From a virus, in IMG/VR virus record IMGVR_UViG_3300034198_017033, positions 32,445 through 96,444 of that record: a stretch of 64,000 nt of DNA. The stretch is one strand, 5' to 3'. A program made the position numbers and the translations under genes. Below, in pieces: positions 54,158-61,935 of the stretch (the stretch's first letter is position 1; every line of letters begins with the position of its first letter). The notes under the pieces are model-generated. The model was not told where the DNA came from, searched no databases, and saw nothing but the letters and a program-made list of their open reading frames with translations.

Positions 54158-56533
54158 TTATGATATCTTAACTGTTGAAATGTTATTGTTTTTCACTACC
54201 GTGATATTTTTTGTCGACCAGTCTTTAACTAAATCGTTATGTGTTATAAAGAAAACAATCTCATACATGTCTTTTATTTTATCAAATAATGTTTTTAATT
54301 TCTCTAAGTTCTCTGGCGCTACTTTACCTAACACTTCATCAAAGGTTATAAAATTAGGCATAGGTAATGTTGATAATTTACCTAATACGGCTCTTAGCGC
54401 TAAACTAGCAGCTGTTTTTTCAAACCCAGACCCAGATTTTAATAATTTTTGAACATTATCCTTGGTTAACATGAAATGAACATCATTCTTATCATTAATA
54501 AATATCTCAACTTCAAAATCTACAACATCTTCTAACAATCTTTGTAATTCAGAATTAATTATCGGCAATACAGAACGTAAAACTAATTTACTAATACCTT
54601 TTTTACCAACTAATTCAATGTATAGTTTGAAAATTTTATCAATTTCTTCTTCTTTCTGAATCGTTGTTATTAACTTATTTTTGTTAACTATGCTTTCAGC
54701 GTTAATTTTTAAGTCAGATTGGATTCTTTCAATTTTTTTAATAGTTTCATCTTTAGAATAATTCTCAACATTCAAATCTGTTTTTATTTTAGTAATCTGA
54801 ATATCTAATTTTCTATTCAAAGTAATTGAATCTAAATTTAAATTGTATTTTTTAAGGTCATTTTTCTTTTCTATGATTTTATTTCTTAAACCACCCATTT
54901 CAACCTCAAACCTATCAATATCTAACTCTTTTTTATTTTTTTCATCAACTAATTTTTTAGTTGTGTTTAACGATGTTAGTTCAGATTCAGTTAATTTTAA
55001 TTCTTTTTCGGTTTGTTCAACCTCTTTTAATAATTTTTCAATCTCTAACTCATGACTCGCTATGTGTTCTGAATTATCTACATCATCAAGTTTTCTATTA
55101 CATGACTGACATATACCACCAGCTATTAAACTTGAAATAACTTTTTGTAATCTTTTAATCTCAGCTTCTTTTAAAGCTAATTTTGTATTTAAAGAAGCTG
55201 AATGTTTTGTTAGCTGGTGATGAATGTCTTCGTTAAAACTTATATCACCTATTTTAACCAATTCTTCTTTGATTACAGACACTTTATTGTTAATCGTGAC
55301 ACCTTTTTTAGTTAACACCTTAATAGTCTCTTCTAGGGACTCTGGATTCATTTCTGATATAGTTACATCAATTGTTTGTTTATTTGATAATAACCCATCT
55401 CGTTCATCTTCTAGCTCTTTAATTTTATTTTTATAAGTTTCTAGACTTTCGTTAAGTGTTTGTTCTAAATCTTGTAAATCTTGAATTTTAGTTTCGTGGT
55501 CTTCAATTTCTTGTTTTAATGTAATAACATCATATTCGTTAGATTTTTTCTTTTTAGCAAATTCATTATACATTGAACGAGAAATGGTTTCTTTCAATTC
55601 TAAAACTTCTAAACCAATTAATCTAGTTAATACTTTACCAGATTCAGTTGTTGTAAGACCAATAAGTTCATCTAAGTTTTTTTCAGTTGCTAATACAAGC
55701 ATTTCAAAATCTTTTTCAGAACCAATACTATCTTTTATTTTTTTAGTCGTTTGTTTAGCGTCCTCTTCATTTAATTCTTCCTCATCACCATCTGGTAAAA
55801 TCTTATAGTAGTTTACTTTATTGGTAACTGTCCAACCACCACCTTTTTTGGCGGTTCTTCTCATTTTACGCTCAATGATTGTTTCTTCATTTTCAATTTC
55901 AATCATACCTCTAACAACCAATTCATTCTTATCTGAAAATTGATTAAATATTTGTTCGTTGGTATCGGTCTTAGTTGTGTTACCATGTAATAAAAATTTA
56001 ATAGCGTCAATTGTAAGTGACGTTTTACCACCTTGATTACTAGGGACTGAATTAACAATAGTCAACCCTTTAAGTTTTGTAAATGGAACATAATTTTGTT
56101 CACCAAAAGATAAAAAATTATCAATCATTATCCATTTTATAGACCAAGTCTTATGTTGGATATTATTTAAATCGATATTTAACTCACCGTTTACTTTCTC
56201 ATCTAAAGCAACGATTCTATTAAAATCAATGTTTTTACCCTCTCTGTCTAAATACTCTCGCATAAGACTTCTTTGGTAATTAACATCCATGATGTTTTCA
56301 ATACCAGCACCAGTAATTTCAATAACGTCACCATTTGCCGTTCTTTTAACTGGACGGTAAACAATATTTATATTGTTTTTGTTAAAACCATACTTAGAAG
56401 CAAAATAATTTTTAATTTTATTCTTAGCTTCGCGACTATAATTATGAGGTAAATCATCCCAATAGATTTTAATCTTAGCGTTTGATGATAACAAATTTAA
56501 ATTGTCAGTCATGTGTTGTGTGTTATTCGCCAT
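54158..56533 (-). CDS. SbcC/Rad50-like recombination ATPase (T4 gp46-like)
   Basis: N-terminal Walker A NQGGKTS. Long coiled coil with a CxxC zinc hook (CQSCNRKL). C-terminal signature SGSGFEKTAASLALRA and Walker B ITFDEV. Confidence 0.75.
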   Translation of the reverse strand: MANNTQHMTDNLNLLSSNAKIKIYWDDLPHNYSREAKNKIKNYFASKYGFNKNNINIVYRPVKRTANGDVIEITGAGIENIMDVNYQRSLMREYLDREGKNIDFNRIVALDEKVNGELNIDLNNIQHKTWSIKWIMIDNFLSFGEQNYVPFTKLKGLTIVNSVPSNQGGKTSLTIDAIKFLLHGNTTKTDTNEQIFNQFSDKNELVVRGMIEIENEETIIERKMRRTAKKGGGWTVTNKVNYYKILPDGDEEELNEEDAKQTTKKIKDSIGSEKDFEMLVLATEKNLDELIGLTTTESGKVLTRLIGLEVLELKETISRSMYNEFAKKKKSNEYDVITLKQEIEDHETKIQDLQDLEQTLNESLETYKNKIKELEDERDGLLSNKQTIDVTISEMNPESLEETIKVLTKKGVTINNKVSVIKEELVKIGDISFNEDIHHQLTKHSASLNTKLALKEAEIKRLQKVISSLIAGGICQSCNRKLDDVDNSEHIASHELEIEKLLKEVEQTEKELKLTESELTSLNTTKKLVDEKNKKELDIDRFEVEMGGLRNKIIEKKNDLKKYNLNLDSITLNRKLDIQITKIKTDLNVENYSKDETIKKIERIQSDLKINAESIVNKNKLITTIQKEEEIDKIFKLYIELVGKKGISKLVLRSVLPIINSELQRLLEDVVDFEVEIFINDKNDVHFMLTKDNVQKLLKSGSGFEKTAASLALRAVLGKLSTLPMPNFITFDEVLGKVAPENLEKLKTLFDKIKDMYEIVFFITHNDLVKDWSTKNITVVKNNNISTVKIS

Positions 56534-56942
56534 ACAAATCTGTTTTCTTTTTCTTTTTTTCTTGTTCTAATTCTATTTTTAACTTTTTGTGTTCAATTTC
56601 AAGAGCAGCTAATTCACCTATAGCTTTATCTTTGTTTTCAGCTGTTGTTTTTATCACACCGTTTAACTTATCAATCTCTTTGGTTAGTTTTTTCATTTCT
56701 TTGTTATCAGTTATGAAAACTTCTTTCTCAACAATTACTTCTACAATTTTTTCAATAGGTACTTCTACAATCTTTTCAACCTCTTTCTCAACAATTTTTT
56801 CTTTTGTGGTTGGTGTTGCACCAAACTTTTCAGATGTGAAACCTTGTTTTAAACATTTCAACATAAATTCATCTATATTCGTTATATTGTTTGCTCTACA
56901 ATAGTTCCAGATTTCATCGTTTAATTCTTTATTCACCTCCAT
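56523..56942 (-). CDS. hypothetical protein with EKIVE repeats
   Basis: Repeat run EKIVEKEVEKIVEVPIEKIVEVIVEKEV. Confidence 0.4.
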   Translation of the reverse strand: MEVNKELNDEIWNYCRANNITNIDEFMLKCLKQGFTSEKFGATPTTKEKIVEKEVEKIVEVPIEKIVEVIVEKEVFITDNKEMKKLTKEIDKLNGVIKTTAENKDKAIGELAALEIEHKKLKIELEQEKKKKKTDLYGE

Positions 56943-57159
56943 CTAACATATTTGTTACATCTTCTTGCGTTTGATGGAATAAACATATCTCTTGTGAGCT
57001 TTGGTCCACAAACAAAGCAATTATTGGTTTGTCAATTCTATATACCATAGAATTATCATCACTAGGGTCTAAATACCCAACTTCTCCGTTTACAACAGAC
57101 CATTCACCCATTTCTTCTGGTAGTCCATTTACAAACTTTTTTAATTCGTTTAATGTCAT
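56929..57159 (-). CDS. hypothetical protein
   Basis: 76-aa ORF. Confidence 0.35.
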   Translation of the reverse strand: MTLNELKKFVNGLPEEMGEWSVVNGEVGYLDPSDDNSMVYRIDKPIIALFVDQSSQEICLFHQTQEDVTNMLDGGE

Positions 57160-57971
57160 TATAAATTAGTTAATACCTCTGTCCCGTTATCGAGGTCTTC
57201 AAGGGACTTTATTTTAAATTGATAGAATGGTGCTTTGTTTTCAACATCATGCTCTGTAAATGTTTTGGTTTTAACATCCCATAATAAGAATCCATGTTTA
57301 CTTACATTCTCACCAAAGTTTTGTTGTATCAGACTTGATGGATATGCTATTGGTATCCCCTTATGGTTGAACGATTGTCTTTTGTGAATATCACCAAGCA
57401 TAACCATATCACAACCCTCGAACTCTTCCAACGCAGCACCATGGTCAATCTCGTAACCTATATCTGTTTTAGCGTTGAGTACTGGTGCGTGATATAAACC
57501 GATATATGTTTTGTCATCACCAAATTGAGCTCTAGCACCTTCAATATCTGGTCTAGAATTTTCTTCAAAAATAGAATAAACACACCATACGATGTTATCA
57601 TCTAAATAACACTTTGATTCTTTGAAGTAATTCACATTTTTGTCGAATAAAAATTGAACCATTGGTGATATAGAATCCATACGGTCTTTATTATTTTCTA
57701 ACAAATCATGATTCCCAGCTATTATAATAACTGGTGCTATTTCTTCAAGTTTTCTAATAAACCATGTTCCAAGCATAAGTTGCTCATTCGAGATTACAAT
57801 TTTTTGGTGAACTAAGTCCCCAGCAATTACCACCCTAATTTCTTCTTTTTTATATTCTGTTAACAAATCTGTTAAATCAGAAATTAATTTTTTGAATACT
57901 GACATATACTCTTCGTGCATGCGAAAAGTTCTAATGTGAATATCAGCGAGATGTATTATCTTCTTTACCAT
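57159..57971 (-). CDS. SbcD/Mre11-like nuclease (T4 gp47-like)
   Basis: Calcineurin-like phosphoesterase motifs LADIHI, AGDLVH and IAGNHD. Confidence 0.75.
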   Translation of the reverse strand: MVKKIIHLADIHIRTFRMHEEYMSVFKKLISDLTDLLTEYKKEEIRVVIAGDLVHQKIVISNEQLMLGTWFIRKLEEIAPVIIIAGNHDLLENNKDRMDSISPMVQFLFDKNVNYFKESKCYLDDNIVWCVYSIFEENSRPDIEGARAQFGDDKTYIGLYHAPVLNAKTDIGYEIDHGAALEEFEGCDMVMLGDIHKRQSFNHKGIPIAYPSSLIQQNFGENVSKHGFLLWDVKTKTFTEHDVENKAPFYQFKIKSLEDLDNGTEVLTNL

Positions 57972-58212
57972 TTTCTTCGTTGTATTTATTTAATTTGTAA
58001 ATGTATTTATCCATTAAACCTATCATATCTAATAATTCTTCTCTATCCATTATTAGAATACTAGCAGTGCTTTGCATTAATAACGTTAATACTTGGTCGG
58101 TACCATGTTTTAATTCATGAGTTAAAGCAACTTTAAATTCTGACCAACCATCATGAACAATTTTATATAATTGTTCATCATTAAAGGGTTCATATAAACT
58201 TCTGTTATGCAT
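57943..58212 (-). CDS. hypothetical protein
   Basis: 89-aa ORF. Confidence 0.35.
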   Translation of the reverse strand: MHNRSLYEPFNDEQLYKIVHDGWSEFKVALTHELKHGTDQVLTLLMQSTASILIMDREELLDMIGLMDKYIYKLNKYNEENGKEDNTSR

Positions 58213-58987
58213 TTTTCATTAAGTTATAGTGGTGCATCTCAATAAGCTTCTTGGCTTCATGTTTAAGATACATTATTTGTATTTTTTGGAAACTCATTTT
58301 TTCTTTATCCCAATAACCAATACAGATTTGTCTACATTTTCTATGTGGAAATTCTAATTCATACATGTAAGCATACACACTTAATTGTAATGTATAAATT
58401 GACCATTGACATGCTTGTAAGTGGTCGAATGGTTTGAAAAGAGTTTCATAACCGTATTGGTTAAAGAAGTTGAATTCTCTGTTGGTTTTCCAGTCCCAAA
58501 CATCAAAGTAAGTATCATCAATATCAATAATAAGGTCAGACATACCAGCTAATTCATATTGTTCAGAGAACATAATTCTTTCTGGCCACATTGCAATACC
58601 TTCATCAATTTTCAAGTCATTAAAACCATCAATCACTTTTTGTTCAAACTTACCTTCTTCTGTGTCATCTGGAAAATACCATTTGTTGGCCAACAAATAT
58701 CTTTCAACAATATCGTGAACCTTTGTACCATACACATTCGCTTCATCATTAAGCATTTGCCAATAATCAAGTATTTGTTGTTGCGTTAAACCAATATATC
58801 GTTCTTGTTTTACATTGTTTGGTTGATTGACAATAGCGGCCGATACAGCTTCAGAGTCAAAGTGTGGTTCGATTGATGTAAGTGTAGTTGTAACTGATTT
58901 ATAAATTTTACCAGTTTCTCTGTGATGATATTTGTGTTCAATTGGTTCCAAGTAGACTGGACCAACCCATAGTTTAGCATTTGACAT
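58205..58987 (-). CDS. PD-(D/E)xK-superfamily nuclease (RecB/Cas4-like exonuclease candidate)
   Basis: MSDLIIDIDD...DVWDWKT fits the D...(D/E)xK pattern. Confidence 0.5.
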   Translation of the reverse strand: MSNAKLWVGPVYLEPIEHKYHHRETGKIYKSVTTTLTSIEPHFDSEAVSAAIVNQPNNVKQERYIGLTQQQILDYWQMLNDEANVYGTKVHDIVERYLLANKWYFPDDTEEGKFEQKVIDGFNDLKIDEGIAMWPERIMFSEQYELAGMSDLIIDIDDTYFDVWDWKTNREFNFFNQYGYETLFKPFDHLQACQWSIYTLQLSVYAYMYELEFPHRKCRQICIGYWDKEKMSFQKIQIMYLKHEAKKLIEMHHYNLMKNA

Positions 58988-59001
58988 AATTTTTAGTTTA
59001 T

Positions 59002-59016
59002 TACAAATATACTAAA
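59002..59016 (-). promoter_or_regulatory. -7 promoter element (tacaaatatactaaa)
   Basis: Consensus motif 21 nt upstream of the ATG at 58987. Confidence 0.5.
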
Positions 59017-59035
59017 TTTTTATACCAAATGCAAA

Positions 59036-59977
59036 TTATTCTTTTAATTTGTGACTACTCATTAATAACTTAACAATACCACTATTACCCAAATATTGAA
59101 ATACACTGGAAGGGTCATAACCATCTGGTGGTGTACATATTTTTATACGGTCTTTTAAATCACCAGTATTTAATTCCCAATAAAGTCTTTCAGCATCATC
59201 ATAAGCGTCACTATCTAATAATATAACAACAAACGCTTTAGCTTTTTCGTGTAATAGATATTTTAATTTATCACTAATAAATTTACCTAATAATGGTATT
59301 GAATTAGGTACAACAATATGGTCAGTCGCACCTTCAACTAAATAAATCGTTGTGTCCCAATTTATTTTATTCTCATTAAATATTATTTCATATTTTTCAG
59401 CATGAGGGTTAAGATATTTTACTTTGGTTTTTTTATTTAAAAACCATCTAGCTATAAAATAATTAACATTACCATCAGAATCATAAGAAGGTATTATTAT
59501 CCTATTTTGGAAGTCACCAGATATTGTATAACCGATATTATATTCTTTTATAATTTCATCGGTAATACCTCTATCTTTTAAATATTTTATAGCTAAATCT
59601 GATTTGTAATCAAGTTTGGTACATTCTGATAATTTTTTATAACCTTCTGGTAATCTAACAATTATTTTTTCTGAATTTTTAGAACCATTGTAGTTGTATT
59701 CTGGTTTGAATAAATTATATTCTCTTAGGTGACTTTTAGTTCCGTATTTTTTAACTAGATTTTCTAAAGAACCGTACATGTGATTTGTTTCGTAACAAAC
59801 CCAGCATTTATATACACCTTTATGGTAATTGAGTTCTAAATTACCCTTACCATCACCATTATATAAACCTTTATCAGCAGAGCATGCTGGACAGTCAAAG
59901 GCTATCTGTCCAGTATCGTGGTTGTGTTTTCTAGGGTCACCTAAAAAACTTTCAAATATGCTAGCTAAGTAATTCAT
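59036..59977 (-). CDS. DNA primase (zinc-finger plus TOPRIM, T4 gp61/DnaG-like)
   Basis: Zinc finger CPACSADKG...CWVCYETNH. TOPRIM IYLVEGATDHI...ILLDSDAYDD. Confidence 0.7.
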   Translation of the reverse strand: MNYLASIFESFLGDPRKHNHDTGQIAFDCPACSADKGLYNGDGKGNLELNYHKGVYKCWVCYETNHMYGSLENLVKKYGTKSHLREYNLFKPEYNYNGSKNSEKIIVRLPEGYKKLSECTKLDYKSDLAIKYLKDRGITDEIIKEYNIGYTISGDFQNRIIIPSYDSDGNVNYFIARWFLNKKTKVKYLNPHAEKYEIIFNENKINWDTTIYLVEGATDHIVVPNSIPLLGKFISDKLKYLLHEKAKAFVVILLDSDAYDDAERLYWELNTGDLKDRIKICTPPDGYDPSSVFQYLGNSGIVKLLMSSHKLKE

Positions 59978-59978
59978 C

Positions 59979-59994
59979 TAGCAAATATACTAAT
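59979..59994 (-). promoter_or_regulatory. -7 promoter element (tagcaaatatactaat) abutting the primase ATG (about 6 nt)
   Basis: Consensus motif almost contiguous with the start codon, the same leaderless geometry as at 16262 and 26349. Confidence 0.45.
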
Positions 59995-60016
59995 AAAAAA
60001 TTATATTTACAATAAT

Positions 60017-60673
60017 TTATTTATTTTCATTTTCTAAATTTCTTTTGTTGAAATAAGCTAGACCACATACGTAGGCATCTGAAGTATCAAAAGTTTCTTT
60101 TTTAAGTTTGTTGTTTTTATCATAAAACCAACTAATCTGTGGTTCTAATTCAGCAACTTTTTCCCATAAAACATATTTTTTATCAATATCAAAAGGGTAA
60201 CCACCAAAAAGAACTGGTGTGTTTTTTGATATTTGTTTTTCTGTTAAGGGTGTACCATCTTTTTTAGTAGTTCTAACCGCCATTAAATCTGGAAAAGCGT
60301 ATTTACGAGCATCATAAGATGAAATAAATTCTGGAACAACACCCAATGTATCGTATACCGATTTAGATATCATACCATTGAACCTTAAAAGAGTTGCAAT
60401 TGTATATACGTTATTTGATTGAAGAAGAGGTTCTTCAATGATTACTTTAGTTATACCAAAATCAGCATAATTTGATAAGAACTCACTTTCAAAAATTTCA
60501 ACTTTTCTAAAAAGTTCTTCCATTTTATCTGTAGGTTTTGGTTTAACTTTAGGACTGACATGGTGTAATAGTTTAATATCACCCTTATTACCTTTGTCCT
60601 CAAAAAGTGCAATACCTATAGTAGATGTAGATACATCCAATGCTAATAAAAATTGTGGTTCTTTTTCTTCCAT
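60017..60673 (-). CDS. RuvC-like Holliday junction resolvase (phage/poxvirus A22 type)
   Basis: LALDVSTSTIGIALFE (first catalytic Asp), IIEEP (Glu), and TSDAYVCGLAY (C-terminal Asp). Confidence 0.55.
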   Translation of the reverse strand: MEEKEPQFLLALDVSTSTIGIALFEDKGNKGDIKLLHHVSPKVKPKPTDKMEELFRKVEIFESEFLSNYADFGITKVIIEEPLLQSNNVYTIATLLRFNGMISKSVYDTLGVVPEFISSYDARKYAFPDLMAVRTTKKDGTPLTEKQISKNTPVLFGGYPFDIDKKYVLWEKVAELEPQISWFYDKNNKLKKETFDTSDAYVCGLAYFNKRNLENENK

Positions 60674-60720
60674 ATAACTTTTTTATAGTAATTTAAGACT
60701 TTATTGTGAAAAATAAAGTC

Positions 60721-61923
60721 TTAAACACTAATTTTTATTGAAAGAGCTAAAAATTCATTTATATTTTTAGATATTTGTCGGTCAGGTTTAGCATAAGCTA
60801 TTAAATTACCAACATCATCATATAAACCAACTTCAGAAATTCTAGGGATATCATCAAATTCAAATGTAGGGTTAGTTGATGACCCAAATTCACCTCTATC
60901 AGCAATACAATTAACTATTTGGTAAACACCTGTTGATTGACTATCGAAACTAACTGTTGTTGCTGTACTAGCTGATGATGTAAAATTATTAACGATTGTA
61001 GGGTCCGTAATAACGATAAAACCTTTATCTAAATACGCTATACCAACTAAGGTATCCGCTGTTAATGATAAATTTGTATTTGTTTGATAATTATATGCTT
61101 TTTTACCGTTATAACTAAAAGGTCTGTTTGTGTTGTAACCAGTAGCCCAACTTAAACTAGAATCACCACCATTTGGTTTTTTTATTGAATCACAAACTAA
61201 CATAGATACATTGTTACCAAACATACTACTTTTAAGGTTACCATCGGTTAACAAACTATCCATTATATTTAATGGTTGTGTGTTATACTGATAAGTAGAA
61301 TAAATAGTATATGTTCCAGCACTAGTTGGTAATTCAATTTTTAAAGATTTACCATCTATCAATTCACCATAAGTAGAATCGTTAATAGCAATTGCCACAA
61401 TTTTATTAACCGCGAACCCACTAAATGCTGTATTCGCGTATCCGTTATTTGTTGCCGTTGTTGATGTAAATGTGGTAAAGTTTGTATCGTTTATCGGTAA
61501 CCCGAAAGAATAATATAAATTTGTTTTACTATCAGTAGTATAATCTGTTCTATTGATAACAGAAAAATTTAAATTACTACCACTTATTGTTGTGTAACCA
61601 ATTAATTCTGATTCTGTTAAAATATTTGTAGATTGTGTACCTACAGATTTAGTTAGTAATCCACTAGTATTAACTATAAGTGGATTTTTAATACCTGTAA
61701 CTTTAGTTGTACTATTATTGTTAGTGTTATTAACACCTATATCACCAGCTATACTAGGTACTTCACCTGTTCCTAATAATAGATTGGTGTAGTAGTTAGC
61801 ATCTGAATCACCCAAACTAAAAGTTTTTATTAAACCATTATTTGTTGAAATCATTTTTTGTCTGCCTATCGGTGTTAATTTAGCAGTTAATGTAAGTGTT
61901 GTGGCTGTATTGTTATATCCCAT
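60721..61923 (-). CDS. virion structural protein (Thr/Asn-rich; paralog of the next ORF through a shared C-terminal domain)
   Basis: C-terminus EVGLYDDVGNLIAYAKPDRQISKNINEFLALSIKISV parallels the C-terminus of 61936-64000. Confidence 0.4.
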   Translation of the reverse strand: MGYNNTATTLTLTAKLTPIGRQKMISTNNGLIKTFSLGDSDANYYTNLLLGTGEVPSIAGDIGVNNTNNNSTTKVTGIKNPLIVNTSGLLTKSVGTQSTNILTESELIGYTTISGSNLNFSVINRTDYTTDSKTNLYYSFGLPINDTNFTTFTSTTATNNGYANTAFSGFAVNKIVAIAINDSTYGELIDGKSLKIELPTSAGTYTIYSTYQYNTQPLNIMDSLLTDGNLKSSMFGNNVSMLVCDSIKKPNGGDSSLSWATGYNTNRPFSYNGKKAYNYQTNTNLSLTADTLVGIAYLDKGFIVITDPTIVNNFTSSASTATTVSFDSQSTGVYQIVNCIADRGEFGSSTNPTFEFDDIPRISEVGLYDDVGNLIAYAKPDRQISKNINEFLALSIKISV

Positions 61924-61935
61924 TTTTTTATTATA

